Shown here: in pieces, positions 1-13,215 of the stretch
Layout of the letters: every line of letters starts with the position of its first letter
Numbering within the stretch: the stretch's first letter is position 1
Assembly (NCBI GenBank): GCA_951406725.2
Contig: OX597822.1
Span: 74,524,001-74,588,000 of the forward strand
Direction of reading: 5' to 3'
DNA length: 64,000 bases
Source: Octopus vulgaris
Taxonomy: Eukaryota
Position numbers and translations under genes: made by a program
Notes under the pieces: model-generated
What the model saw: only the letters and a program-made list of their open reading frames with translations
What the model was told of the DNA's origin: nothing
Database searches by the model: none

Positions 1-1089
1 ATTCAAAACCTAACATGCATACGTGTATGTGTATGTATATGTGTTGATAGATCAATCGATATGTGTGTGCCTGTGTCGGTGTGTATATATGTATGTGTCT
101 GTGTATGTGTGTGTTTATATATGTGTGTGTGTAATATTCTTTTATTCTATTACTTGTTTCGGTCATCTGACTGCGGCCATGCTGGAGCACCGCCATAAAG
201 AGCTTTTTTTTTTAATCGAACAAATCGACCCCAGGATATATTCTTTGTACGCCTAGTACTTATTCTATCAGTTTCTTTTGCCTAACAGCTAAGTTACGAA
301 GATGTAAACACACTCACATCGGTTGTCAATTGATGGTGGTGGTGGTGGTGGTGGCGACAAACACAGGCACAGGCACAAACAGACACACACACACACACAC
401 ATACATATATACGACGAGCTTCTTTCAGTTTCCGTCTACCAAATCCACTCACAAGGCTTTGGTCGGCCCGAGGCTATAGTAGAAGACACTTGCCCAAAGT
501 GCCATGCAATGGGACTGAACCCGGAACCATGTGGTTGGGAAGCAAGCTTCTTATCAGAGAGCCACTCCTGAGCGTCTATATAAATATATAGCGATATAGC
601 GAAAACGAGGCAAATAGATTGACAGACAGACATACATACATTTCAGGAATGGGTGTGCTCTTGTGGTTAAGAAACTCGCTTTGCAACTTTGCTGTTTCGG
701 TTTCAACCACGATGCACGACACCTTGGGCAAGTAATTTTTACTATAACCCCGGACCGACGAAAGCCTTGTGAGTGAGTTTGGTTGACGGAAACTGTGTGG
801 AACTCCGTCGTATGTATTATGTATATATACATATTCTTTTATTCTTTTACTTGTTTCAGTCATCTAACTGCGGCCATGCTGGAACACCGCCTTAAAGGGG
901 GTTTTTTTTAGTCGAAGACATCGACCACAGGACTTATTCTTTGTACGTCTAGTACTTACTGTATCGATATCTTTTGCTTAACAGCTAAGTTACGGAGACG
1001 TAAACACACCCACATCGGTTGTCGATCGATGGTGGTGGTGGTGGTGGAGTCGACAAACACCGACACAAAGACACGCACATAAATATACA

Positions 1090-1147
<58 letters not shown>

Positions 1148-1334
1148 CGCGACAGGCTTCTTTCAATTTTCGTCTACCAAATCCATTCACAAGGCTTTGG
1201 TCGGCCCGAGGCTATAGTAGTAGACACTTGCCCAATGGGACTGAACCCGGAACCATGTGGTTGGAAGCAAGCTTCTTACCAGAGAGCCACGCCTGTGCGT
1301 CTATATAAATATATAGAGATATAACGAAAAAGAG

Positions 1335-1555
1335 TCATGCTTTGGCATCCATAACAATATGTCACACGCCAGCTCTTGTTTAGCTCACCAGTAATGTTCC
1401 GCAAAGTGCAAACACCTTTCTCTCTTATATTGGTGGGAACAGGCAGGAAATCTTCATACAAATATTTATAGGTAGGATGAATTCTCCAAGATATGTTTAA
1501 CACTGCTCTTAACACTCGGGTGTAAGTTTCATCTGGCCTGGATTCCAAGCATCCA
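1335..1555 (-). mobile_element. Degenerate LINE RT C-terminal fragment
   Basis: TYTRVLRAVLNISWRIHPT...LY peptide, typical of RTE-like ORF ends. Confidence 0.6.
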
Positions 1556-2095
1556 GCTTTGTGGTATGGTGATGAAAACTCCCATCCATTGGGTCCCCTC
1601 TTTGCGGATTGGAGAAAGGCCTGAAGATATTTAGGCTAGCTGTGAAACTTTCAATAGGCAGTCCCGGACAAAATCACAGGTTGCCTTTTGGCAAGGTATA
1701 GCACTCGTTAGCCACCCTGTCAGTCATGGTGAAATCTTGAAACCCTGAAAAGTGCGGCAATGGCACAATCACTGGAAAGCAAGAGGGTGGTGGGGGAACG
1801 AAATGCAAAGCATAAAAAACACTTTGTCTTTGAATTGCTTCTCACTTCGCCAAACAAATTACACAATTATGAATCTTGGTCTAAGGAAACCCGTCGTTTT
1901 CACAGGCACTGCAGTTGTGTATAGGCTCTGCGACCAAAGCCGAGGAATTAGCAATCGAAACACATTCCATGGCTCGCATTAACCTCAGAAGATTTGAAAG
2001 ATGATGGTTAAACCAATATGATTTCCTTCACAACCTTTCTACTAAATGAGTGGCCGGTCAAAATTTATTCTAAATTAAAAAGAGAAAGAAAACAC

Positions 2096-2127
2096 ACGTA
2101 CATGCATGCATGCATACATACATACAT

Positions 2128-2178
<51 letters not shown>

Positions 2179-2238
2179 TACATACATACATACATACATA
2201 CATACATACATACATACATACATACATACATACATACA
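2096..2238. repeat. Compound microsatellite (TACA)n(CA)n(TACA)n
   Basis: Seen directly; similar (TATG/TG)n tract at 13390-13517 and many (TA)n tracts. Confidence 0.95.
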
Positions 2239-3409
2239 TTCTTTCATTCGTTCGTATTCCTCTGATGGAATAACTAAAACATCGACCTCAAGCTGTGAGC
2301 CGTGATCCACAAATGGGCCCCTGATGTGTTCTCTGTGGGTTTTGAACCATTTTCAAATGAATTTAATTTGAATTTAATTTAGTTATGGGCCATTAAGCAA
2401 TTGACGGGCTTTAGGTAATATTTTGTGTCACAATTTGTTTAAGTAATTCTAGCAGAACACCTTCGACAAGAGTTTTTTACGATAGCCCCTGGCCGACCAA
2501 TGACCTGTTACGGAATTTGGTTAGCGGAAACTGTGTGGAAACCTTTTATATATGTGTGTGAGTGTGTGCGCGCACGTGTGTTTCTAATTATGCTTATCCC
2601 CTGCCACCACTACTTGTCAGGTGGTGTTGATTTTTCAACATCTCCGTAAAGTAGCGGTTCGATAAAAAAAACCCGACAGAATAAGTACCAGGCTTTTAAA
2701 TAAAAGTACTGTAGGGCCGGTTTATTCGACTAAAGTCCTTCGAGGCGGTGCTCAAGCATGGCCACAATTGAATGACTGAAACAAGTAAAAGATAAAAAAT
2801 TAAGTCAAATTATTTTGCTCTTTACAGTTTTTTACCGACAAAACCATAATATACGCCATATCCGGAAATTTTTCTTTAAAATAATAGGTATTGTTAAGAA
2901 AGTTATGCGGAAACAAAGTTAAGATGGGTGTTCATTTCTGTAGCTAAGTCGTGTCAATGAGGGAGCCTCTACCGGGTCTTTTGGCTTGCTAGAAATAGCA
3001 ATCTTCAAATCACATTCCACTATCTTAAATAACGAGATACACATTTTAAAGAGATTTGTAAGGAAACAAATTACTTTTGAGCCGTCGCCAGGCGTCCGTG
3101 CCCAAAAGTACTTCAGAATATTTTAAACAGGAACTAAATTTCTAATAACGCTAAAGAGTTTCGAAATAAGTATATCACAGTAAATCTGAGGGTGCACTAT
3201 TGAATAGTGAGGTGACAGTGCCATCCAGTGCTCCCCTTAGGGACAGGCATGGGAGGACAGGAGAATGATCCAGAATACTCTAATTTTTTTTTCATATCAT
3301 CTTCATACTCGAAAACTTATCACTCCAAAGCTTACTTTATTTCGTTTTTGGATTTGGTTTGCAAGATTCTTTATGTGACTTTGTGTGTTGAAGCATATGC
3401 TGTTGTATA

Positions 3410-3599
3410 TGGGGAGAGTCATTCTCATTTAGTGCCTTATAATTTAACACACTCACCGGTAAAATTTCCACTCATTTACTTGCTTCTTTTTCCTGCAAGA
3501 CGCGACGAAAATTTTAGAAAATTAAACAAGTAAATGAGTGGAAATTTTACCGGTGAGTGTGTTGAATTATAAGGCACTAAAAGAGAATGAATCTCCCCA
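3410..3599. repeat. Near-perfect ~73-bp inverted repeat with ~44-nt spacer (MITE/foldback-like)
   Basis: TGGGGAGAGTCATTCTC...CATTTACTTG (3410-3482) pairs with CAAGTAAATG...GAATCTCCCCA (3527-3599). Confidence 0.9.
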
Positions 3600-3854
3600 G
3601 ACACAACTCCAACATTTCCTTCAAAGAATATACTTTTTCAAAAAGTTACGAAGAAACAACATCGTGGGAGCACAAAGCTGTAGTTGTGCTTACAAAAAGA
3701 TATGATGGTCACGGCTGGAATGCCTCTGATTTTATTGTTGAACTGAGATTAAATTACAACTGGAATACATCTATCTAAATTGATAAGAGAAGCTAGACGC
3801 AAACAGGTTGCATAAGGGGCGTAACTCTTTACATAGGAAAATAGAGTCACTTAC

Positions 3855-3930
3855 CTTGACATAAACTCTTTTAAAGAAAGACAAAGAAAAATACTTGTTT
3901 ATAAGTAGACAACGAAAATGGCGCGAATTC
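3855..3930 (-). other. Candidate first exon (5'UTR + ATG TCA AG) of an unidentified gene divergent from DHFR
   Basis: The minus strand reads GCGCCATTTTCGTTGTC...AGAGTTT ATG TCA AG|GTAAGTGA: a YY1-like GCCATTTT motif, an ATG at 3862 and a consensus donor at 3854-3849. No downstream exon could be identified in the window. Confidence 0.45.
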
Positions 3931-4099
3931 AGGGACAGCATGACACATGCACATACATAAACACACGTTTATGCATACACATTTATACATTCAAAGAGAA
4001 ACTGTTACGAAGTGAAAGGGCGAGAAAAAAAATATACAAGAAAAGCACTAACATTGCGCGCTCTTTAAAATGGCTGAAACGAATGGTTTTCATAGCACA

Positions 4100-4185
4100 A
4101 TGAATGGCATTAAACTGAATATGATTGTGGCTATGTGTAAGAACAGAGGCATCGGTTGTAAAAACAAAATACCTTGGAGATTAAA
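4100..4185 (+). CDS. DHFR: Dihydrofolate reductase exon 1 (86 nt, MNGIKLNMIVAMCKNRGIGCKNKIPWRLK)
   Basis: IVA...GIG...PW DHFR N-terminal signature; ends at a GTAAGT donor (4186) in phase 2. Confidence 0.95.
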
Positions 4186-6307
4186 GTAAGTATATATATA
4201 TATATATGTATAAATGATATTATGTAGAAACTCCGCCATTTATGCAATTTGTATACTTCTCAATAAACGTTATTCTGTCCAACGACGTAACAGATTTAGT
4301 TAGAAAGAATATATTCTTGAAGCTATCTTTTTCTATCATTTTTATCGGAAATGTTATCAGTAGAAGTCTTGTTATTTTCGGACGATTTCATAACAACGAA
4401 ATTATTTAATGTATTATGAATTAAATTATTTTGGTAAATTTTTACAATCACACCCCCCCCCCACACGGTTCCGTTTTTTTATGGATTAAAAATTTAATAC
4501 TAATCCTGATCGCTATAATTCGTAGTCAAAACATCAAATCAAATTCGTCGCTAAAATGAACTACAGTGAACCATGTGATCAGCCATATTCCAGTCGTGAC
4601 CATCCCATTATTTATGTCGTCCAACTCCACCATAGAATCAACGTATTCTCTTCTAATTTTTTGCTTGTCCTGTGTATCTTGATACACAGAATTTGTTTTC
4701 CTGACACCAGAAGCATCATATATGATACATATTCCCATTCGCACCACCACCCCTCGCTAAACATCTGAAACTCTGCCTAAATAAAAACAAACCTTTTTTT
4801 TTATTTATGGTGCAATTCAACTGAGTTTAAAATTTAACAACAGAAATGAAAGAAGGAAAAAATGAATCTAAAAATCATTGCATGTTATCCTTTTCCTTTT
4901 TGAGACACGTATTCAAAGAATAGTACCTCATTTGTTCTTTGTCAAATTGATACTTCGTTTCTTCAAAAACGTATTTAGAATCATGCCACCTGTGAAGACA
5001 CTAACTTCTACGTCCGGCACTGTGGTATGTCATATATATATATACATACATACACACACACGTAATGTCGAACGATGGAAATGAGTGCTCAACAACCGCA
5101 TTGGTGGATATTATTTTCTTTATTTGTGAATTAAGGCTACTATAAGTTTCAAGTTAAGAAAAGTAGGAAAATATCCTAGTATCTTAATTTCTAAGCCGAT
5201 CACATGAAGAATGGTGTTCGCCTCCGTGTGTATGTGTGTGTGTCCAGAGAGAAAGAGAGAAATTTTCAGATTTCCGATACAGTTATGTGTTTTATCTATT
5301 CTAAGTAAAATTTCGAGAAATGATACGTGTCTATTCTTCTAGCAGCCTATATACTGAAACGCAGTACATTTCGCCCTTTGCCTTTTTCGTATCGGTTTTT
5401 AATTTCTATTGCCGTATTTGGTTCCGGGTAAATCGCGCCATAATGCGGGTGAGCTTGCAGATCCGTTAGCACGTCGGACAAAATATTTAGCGGCATTTCT
5501 TCTAGCGCTTTCCATTTTGAATTCAAATTTCGCCAAGGTCAATTGGCGAATGTAAAGAATACGCACACCCGGTGTTTAGGGTTAGGGTTACGCCGAAAAC
5601 GGGTCAATTTTGCCTGTCTTTTCTTCGGGGTCGGTAAAATAAAGTATCAAGTACTGGGATCCATATAATCGACTTGTCTCCTCCGGTCGAAATTACTGAC
5701 TTTGAACTGTGCTAGGGACCGGTGTCCCCTTCAGCTGTCATGTGATCTTGGTTCTCTTGTATGCCATGGAAACCGGATAACCAGCCTTGTGGCTGAATAA
5801 AAATATGTTTCAGTCATTCGACTGCTACCATGCTGGGGCACCGCCTTTTAGTCGAGCAAATTGACCCCAGGACTTATTCTTTGTAAACCTAGTACTTATT
5901 CTATCGGCCCCTTTTGCCTAACAGCTAAGTTATGGGAACGTAAACATACCAGCATCGGTTTTCAAGCGATGTTGGGGGGACAAACACAGACACACACACA
6001 TATATATATATATACACGACGGGCTTCTTTCAGTTTCCGTCTACCAAATCCACTCAAGGCTTTGGTCAGCCCGAGGCTATAGTAGAAGACACTTTTACTT
6101 CTTTCACTCATCAAATGTGGCCATGCTGGAGCACCGGCTTAACGGGTGTTAGTCGACAAAAATCAACACCAGGACTTACTCTTTGTAAGCCTAGTACTTC
6201 TATCGGTCCCTTTTGCCAAACTGCTAAGTTACAGGGTCATAAACACACCAGCATTGGTTGTTAGGCGATGGAGGAGGGATAAACAGACACACACACCAAT
6301 ATATATA

Positions 6308-6361
<54 letters not shown>

Positions 6362-6373
6362 CATGTATACATA

Positions 6374-8156
6374 TCTTCTCTATATTATAATTCTGAAATG
6401 CGAAAAGTTTGTTTGTTTGTCTGGTTTTGGCATTGAGAATGGGTTAAAGGCCACTAGATCCCATCGAATTGACTCCAGAATTTACAGGGACATGTAAAAT
6501 GAGGTGAGGATGCGAGTGGGCTAGATTAGAAATCCCCATCTTAAAAGGTGTCATTGCTAGGGCCAAAAACGCACTTTGACAAGTCTATTCTCATTCTTTT
6601 ATGTGTCTGTCTTCCTCCATCACTCACTCTCTTTCCTCCCTTCCCATCACTTTCTATCTATAACGTCGTTTCACAGTGTCTATTATCTTTCCCTTGCCGC
6701 CATCGCATTCTATTGTCTGCCTGTCTTCCTCCATCTCTCTCTCTCCTCCCTTCCTTTCATTTTCTCTCTATAATGTCATTTGATAGCGTCTACTATCTTT
6801 CCCTCGCCAGCGCTGTCACTCTCTCTCTCTATGTCTGTCTGCATTCATAAAGAGAATTATCATCGCCACAACCACCACACAATCATGAGAATCTTTCTCT
6901 TAAAACACATCATCTTTAGGTTTCAAAATATTTCATTTTTCAGTCCTCTCTTTCATATATCACCTTTTCTTCCTCGATCTCTCTCTTTTCCCCCTTCTCT
7001 CCATTTTCTCTCTCTCTATAACGACGTTTGGCACCTCCACCGTCTCTCTTTCTTCTCCAACGTGTCTCTCAATGACAGCCGCAAAAGTTTAAATATTCCT
7101 ACCACAGGTCTTGCGTGGATAAAAAGAATTTATATGTATGCTCAAGCCGACCGTCATTAACAAAAAATTTTCTGTAAATTTGAAAAATTTTCTGTAAATT
7201 TGAAAAATTTTCCAGTTTTGAAATATTTAGGAATTCTCTGTTACATCAAGCTAAAAAATTTGCACCAGCCTTTTAAATCGTCAATGTGTTGCCATCCATG
7301 ATGAAGAAGTTTTGAATGCTTGCCATGGTGAGTCTACTGTCGAGAGAAAGAATCACTTCAAAACTTGGTGTTTAGGAATTTTCTTTTACATCAAGTTCAA
7401 AATTTTATGCCAGCCATTAAACTGCAACTACATTGCTGTCTGTCGTTAAGAAATGCCAGCCATGGTGACTCTACTATCTTCAGATTCCATCCCTTCAAAC
7501 TTTGGTTTCCAATATTTTTTTTTTCAGTTTGTCTGTCCCTTTTAAATGTTAGTATATTGCTTTCTGCCTTGAAGCACACCTTTCCGTTGTCACTGCCTGA
7601 TATTTATGATTGATCCTTCTAACTACTTTCTTTCTCAACTTACTCAAGATCTTTTGTTGTTTATAAATGGGAGAGAGATAGATAGAGAAAGATAGAGTAA
7701 GAGAAAGCGAGGGAGAGTCCGAGAGAAAAGAAGAGTAAGAGAGTGGGAAAGGGAGAGAGAAACAAAGAGGGAAAATCATCATCATCGTTTAACGTCCGTT
7801 TTCTGTGCTAGCACGGGTTTGATGGTTTGACCAGGGTCTGGGAAGCCAGGAGGCTGCACCAGGCTCCAGTCTGATCTGGCAGTGTTTCTACAGCTGGATG
7901 CCCTTCCTAACGCCAACCACTCTGTGATTGTAGTGGGTGCTTTTTTCGTGCCACTGGCACAGGTGCAACAGGGGGAGGGGCGCTGGCAGCGGCCACAATC
8001 GGTTGATGCTTTTTACGTGCCACCGGCACAAAAACCAGTCAAGGCGGCGCTGCCATCGGCCACGTTCGGATGGTGCTTTTTACGTGCCGAAAGGATGCAA
8101 CAGAAAATAACAACCACACTCTTACCCGCGCGTAGAGCGGGTCACCTTAAGCTAGT
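6374..8156 (+). mobile_element. Non-autonomous Helitron-like element with nested repeats
   Basis: 5' TC..TATATTATAA..(GTTT)n start; 3' GC hairpin ACCCGC/GCGGGT (8124-8142) followed by CTAGT. Confidence 0.55.
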
Positions 8157-8582
8157 ATATATATATATTTACATATATATATACATATATACACACGTAT
8201 ATGTGTGTACATATATATGTATGTATTTACATGACAAGCTTCTTCTAGTTTCCGTCTACCAAATCTACTCAAGGCTATAGTAGAAAACACTTGCCTGAGG
8301 TACCACACAGTGGGACTGAACCCGGAACCATGTGGTTAGGAACCAAGCTTCTTACCACACAGCCACTCTTGCACCTGCATTGTTCATTTTTAGAATGGCA
8401 TTGTAGGCTATGTGTGAGAGGTTGGCTCTGGCTAGATTCAACATGAAAGAAGTAGAATATTTATTCATACCAGGTGTGGCTTGTTTAAATTCTAAAAGGT
8501 TAAACATTATCATCACTGTCTGTGTTAATGCCGCCATTCTTTTCCTAACCTTAACATTTTCCACATTTTCTTCTTTTTTTAG

Positions 8583-8632
8583 GAAAGAGATGGCTTTCTT
8601 CTCCTTCATTACTAAAAAGTCAGAAGATCCAG
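8583..8632 (+). CDS. DHFR: DHFR exon 2 (50 nt, KEMAFFSFITKKSEDP)
   Basis: Polypyrimidine tract plus AG acceptor and GTTAG donor; frame compatible with exons 1 and 3; contains the conserved acidic active-site residue (E30 equivalent), F34 and T. Confidence 0.93.
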
Positions 8633-11329
8633 GTTAGAGCTTTTTCTCTCTCTCTTGCTTGCTTGTCGTTTGTTTTTCTTTTCTTTCTTTTTTACCTAGC
8701 TGTTTTCGATTATAGAACTACAGCCTTACTGGCAGGGCACCATACTAGAGGTTTCAGTTGACTCTATCAACACTTGTTTCATCATCATTTAACGTCTGTT
8801 GCCCATGCTGGCATGGGTTGGACGGCTTGACCAGAGTTGGCACGCTGGAAAGCTGCACCAGACTCCAGTCTAATTTGGTGTGGTTTTCTACTGCTGGATG
8901 CCTTTCGTAACACCAACTGCCTCAAGTGTGTAATGGGCACTTTTATATGCCACTGGCATTGGGTTCCATTTGCATGACACCGGGGCACTTTTACGTGCCT
9001 CCGGCACAGGTGTGACGCTGATATCTGTCACGACTGCAATTTTGCTGGGCTTGATGGGTCTTCTTCTCAAGCACAACATAATGCCAAAGATCTGTTATTG
9101 CCGCCGTGAGGCAATTGTATTTATTTTATCAATTTCTACTACGGGGACGTAAACACACCAGCATCGGTTGTCAAGCGATGTTGGGGGGGACAAACATTTA
9201 CACATACATATATACAACAGGCTTCTTTCAGTTTCTGTTTACCAAATCCACCCACAAGGCTTTGGTCAGTTATAGTAGAAGACACTTGCCCTAGGTGTCA
9301 TACAGTGGTACTGAACCTGGAACCATGTGGTTGGTAAGCAAGCTACTTACCACACAGCCACTCCTGCATCTACACTTTATAAATTTCATGAAACTACTGC
9401 AATTTATTTTCATTAATTGTTTTTTTTTCTTTCGTTTCTTTAACTCCTGTAACAAATTTTTATACAATAAAATTTATTAAAGAAAACAAACTTTTGTACT
9501 ATAAAAATTACTAAATTAAAAAGAGTGTTAATTCTGCCACACCCTGCATGTACCCTACTAAAAGTAATGAGTAATTCTTCAATTTAATGTTAAACTGATG
9601 AACAGGGCCTTAGGTTCAATTCAGGCAGCTATGTGAAGCTGGTGGAGAGGGTTGCTGCTCAAATGCCATATGTGTAGCCACAGGATTTGGCGCCTTGCCA
9701 TATCCTCTGAAAGTGTCAGAAGTGGTTGTTGGCGAATTTTTACAACTTTATCAGCCCAAGTTTCTGGCCTCCTCATTCCCCCCCTCCCCATTGTAATCCC
9801 ATAGATTATTATATGTAGGGCACAACTGAGAAAGAGACCAACCCCTCTGTCTGCAACAGCAAGGCTAAGCTGTTGGCTTCCTAAGGATTCTGAAGAACAC
9901 ATGAGCCATGGTGAAAGTTGAGTTATCTCCCATCTATAGTCTAGGTTGGTGTCTTTCGATTTTTTTTTTAAGATACTTTAATTTTTGGATGGGATATTGT
10001 GTTTTTGTTTCCTTTATGCAGACTGTCAAATTCATCCCAAACACCCTCTAGACACACATACACACACACACATCAGTCATTCATTTTACATGTTGGCATG
10101 GGTTAGATGAATACATATCAAACCATTGTTTTATGGTTGGGTGTTCTTTCTGCCATTAACCCTCATCTGTTTTTCAAGTAAGGAAAGTTTTCATTCTCCT
10201 TGTCTTTGAAGGAGTAGAGCCACCTTACAATTTATTGACAGCAGAATGACAGCAACCAATATCTTGTTTAGTTCAGCTGATGATGATGATAGTGCGTGTG
10301 TGTGTATATATATATATATATATAAAATGTACATGTGTAGAGAGAGAGAGATGTGTAACATGGGTTTTGTAGTTCCCATCACTTACAAGGCCTTGGTTAG
10401 CCCTAGGTTGTAGTAGAAGATACTTGTCCAATAACCTCCAATTTTCCATGTTTGCATAGGTCAGACTGAATTTGTTGAGACAGATTTCTATGGCCAGATG
10501 CCCTTCCTGCTGCTAGCCCTCACCTGTTCTCAGGCAAGGTAATATTTTCTCATGGCCAGATATGCTTTCCACTGTAGACTGGATACAAACAACCTTGCTC
10601 AAGATGACAGTGCTCATTTACAATCATCGTATGATGTCTTGACAAGAGTATGCACAAATCCATATACACACATACATGGGTGTGGATGTGTGGTAAGAAG
10701 CTTGCTTCCCAACCACATGGTTCCGTGTCCAGTCCTACTGCGTGGCACCTTGGTCAAGTATCGTCTACTATAGCCTCAGGTCAACCAAAGCCTTGCAAAT
10801 GGATTTAGTCAACAGGAAATGAAAGAAACCCATATACATACATACATATATGTGTGTGGATCTCTGTGTTTGTCCCCCACCGCTGCTTGGCAACCGGTGC
10901 TGGTATGTTTACATCCCCTGTAACTTAGTGGTTCAGCAAAAGAGACCAATAAAGTAAGTACCACGCTTTAAAAGATAAGTGCTGGGGTTGATACATTCAA
11001 CTAAAATTTTATGGCAGTGCTCCAGCATGGCCACAGTCGAATGACTGAAACAAGTAAAAGATATACTCACTGTGCGAGAAAAGCCATTGCCAAGAAGACT
11101 TACTGAAACACTGCCAGATCAAACTGGAGCCTGGTGTGGCTTCCTGGCTTCCCAGACCCCGGTCGAACCATCCATCCCATGCTAGCATGGGAAGCAGACA
11201 TTAAACGATGATGATGATGATATATATATATATAAAATGAGGAAATAAGTGGGATAATTATTTCCCACTTGTAATAATTATAAGCATAACTAATTAGCGC
11301 TCATAGCCTCAGGAATTTAAAATCAACCC

Positions 11330-11955
11330 AAGAAGGCGTGGGATGAGGCATGACCTTCAGATGTTGGCCTCACAGAGGCAGTGACAAAAGACCAAGCCCT
11401 CTGGAGGTATGCTGTGATTGAGAAGATCCAGCAAATAAAGTGAGTCCACAGCTGTAACCTACACCAGTGTTGCATAACCGGCCCACCCAAAAGTACCTTA
11501 GATCATAGGGCAACATGTTGTGCTTGAGGGGACCTATTGAGTCAAGTACAACAACATCAATATCAAAATCAAATCAAATGGAAATTGTAGTTGTGAACTC
11601 CGTTCCAGTAACACATAAAAAACACCATCTGAACGTGGCCGATGCCAGTGCCGCTTTGACTGGCCTCCGTGCTGGTGGCATGTAAAAAGCACCATCCAAA
11701 CGTGGCCAATGCCAGTGGCACGTAAAAAGCACCATCTAATCATGGTTGATGCCAGCTCCTCTGGCCCCTGTGCTGGTGGCACGTAAAAATCACCCACTAC
11801 ACTCTTCGAGTGGTTGGTATTAGGAAGGGCATCTGGCTGTAGAAATACTGCCAGATCAGATTGGGGCCTGGTGCAGCCTCCTGACTTCCCAAACCCCAGT
11901 CGAACTGCCCAACCGATGCCAGCATGGAAAATGGCTGTTAAATGATGATGATGAA
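11330..11955 (+). mobile_element. RTE LINE 3' end
   Basis: Same 3'UTR and subrepeats, ending in ATGATGATG. Confidence 0.75.
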
Positions 11956-12163
11956 GGAGAGAACAAATTTCAAAGGTCAGAGTTCATATATAATTTTTTT
12001 AATATATAAATGTACTTGCGAGGTTTTATGTCCATATTAAAATCAATGAGGATAATTAAAATATGCGGATGGTGGTAGTCCAAATAGATGAGGAAGTTGT
12101 TATAAAATGATTTTAAAAGGTATCTTGAGCAGGTGCAGTCTGCTCATAGTACTGGGTTCAGCC

Positions 12164-12208
<45 letters not shown>

Positions 12209-12209
<1 letters not shown>

Positions 12210-12835
12210 CTAGCAGTATCGCCCGGCGTTGCTCGGGTTTGTAAGGGAAATAACTATATAAGCATTTTTAGAGAGTTATAGCCAAAAAATGCATTAAAAT
12301 GGAAAAAATATGATGGTAAATTTTTTTTTAAATCGTTGACTCATCGTAGACATTTTTAGAGAGTTACTTCCTTATATAATAGCGAAAAAATGCATTAAAA
12401 TGAAAAAAAAACGATGGTAAATTTTTTTTTAAATCGTAGACTCATGTAGACGCTTTCTTAGCCATTTCTGTTTTGGTGTCTTCAAGCCATGAAGTCGTTG
12501 TTCTAAAAGAACACTGGTCTCCTTGACAACGCATTACGACGTTGATTTCCTTACACTCCCTTCCTCACAGGTGCAGGTGTGAGCGTGGACGCCAACTCCG
12601 CCGCCATCGACACACGAAAAATTATGCATTAAAATGGAATAAAAAATGATGTTAAATTATTTTTAAAATCGTAGACTCATCGTAGATGCGCGCTAATATT
12701 CAGACGGGCTCGATATGAATCACGACTATAAGCTACCCTAATTTGGTTAAACTGCACCGCAAAATGTGGGAGTAGTTAGGAATCTAAATCGAAGGGGACA
12801 GACACTCACACAACTACAGTTTTATATATATAGAT
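12209..12835 (-). mobile_element. Non-autonomous Helitron-like element
   Basis: Minus strand ends with hairpin CCCGAGC-AAC-GCCGGG then CTAGT; starts ATCTATATATATAAAA; internal direct repeats. Confidence 0.65.
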
Positions 12836-12899
12836 ATACATAGCGCAGTAGTGGTGAGATGTGACAGCAAAGAAAAGCATACATTCACTCTCTGCATGC

Positions 12900-13215
12900 A
12901 ATTAGACTCGGAAAGTTCGTGAGGAACCCATTGACCCAATTTGCTGACTTTTCCGATAGCACACAGGTGTCAATGAATGGTTGAATGACCAAATCCAAGC
13001 TTCTCTGCTAGTTCCTCAACAGTTACGATGATATTTTGTTCCACCGGGGTTTTCAGGATGTCCTTGTCGAGTTCTACAGATCTTTCAGGATGAGGCTCGT
13101 CTTCTAGGCTGTAGTTTATGGCTCGGGATTTCTGGAACCACCATTGACACTGCCTTACGCTTATTGTCCAATCCCCATATACTGCATTAATATTTCTTGT
13201 ACTTTGCACACATTT
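12900..13215 (-). mobile_element. Mariner-like transposase HTH fragment
   Basis: RNINAVYGD..ISVRQCQWWFQK...SLEDEP...TVEELAEKLG...STIH. Confidence 0.85.

Noticed and set aside
1615-1665. CTGAAGA...GAAAC spacing resembling a hammerhead
   Set aside because: No convincing stem I or stem II pairing could be drawn.
23-2310. Many 60-100 aa ORFs rich in YI/CV/HT repeats or ending QIHSQGFGRPEAIVEDTCP
   Set aside because: These are translations of microsatellites and the dominant SINE, not genes; the same applies to similar ORFs across the window.
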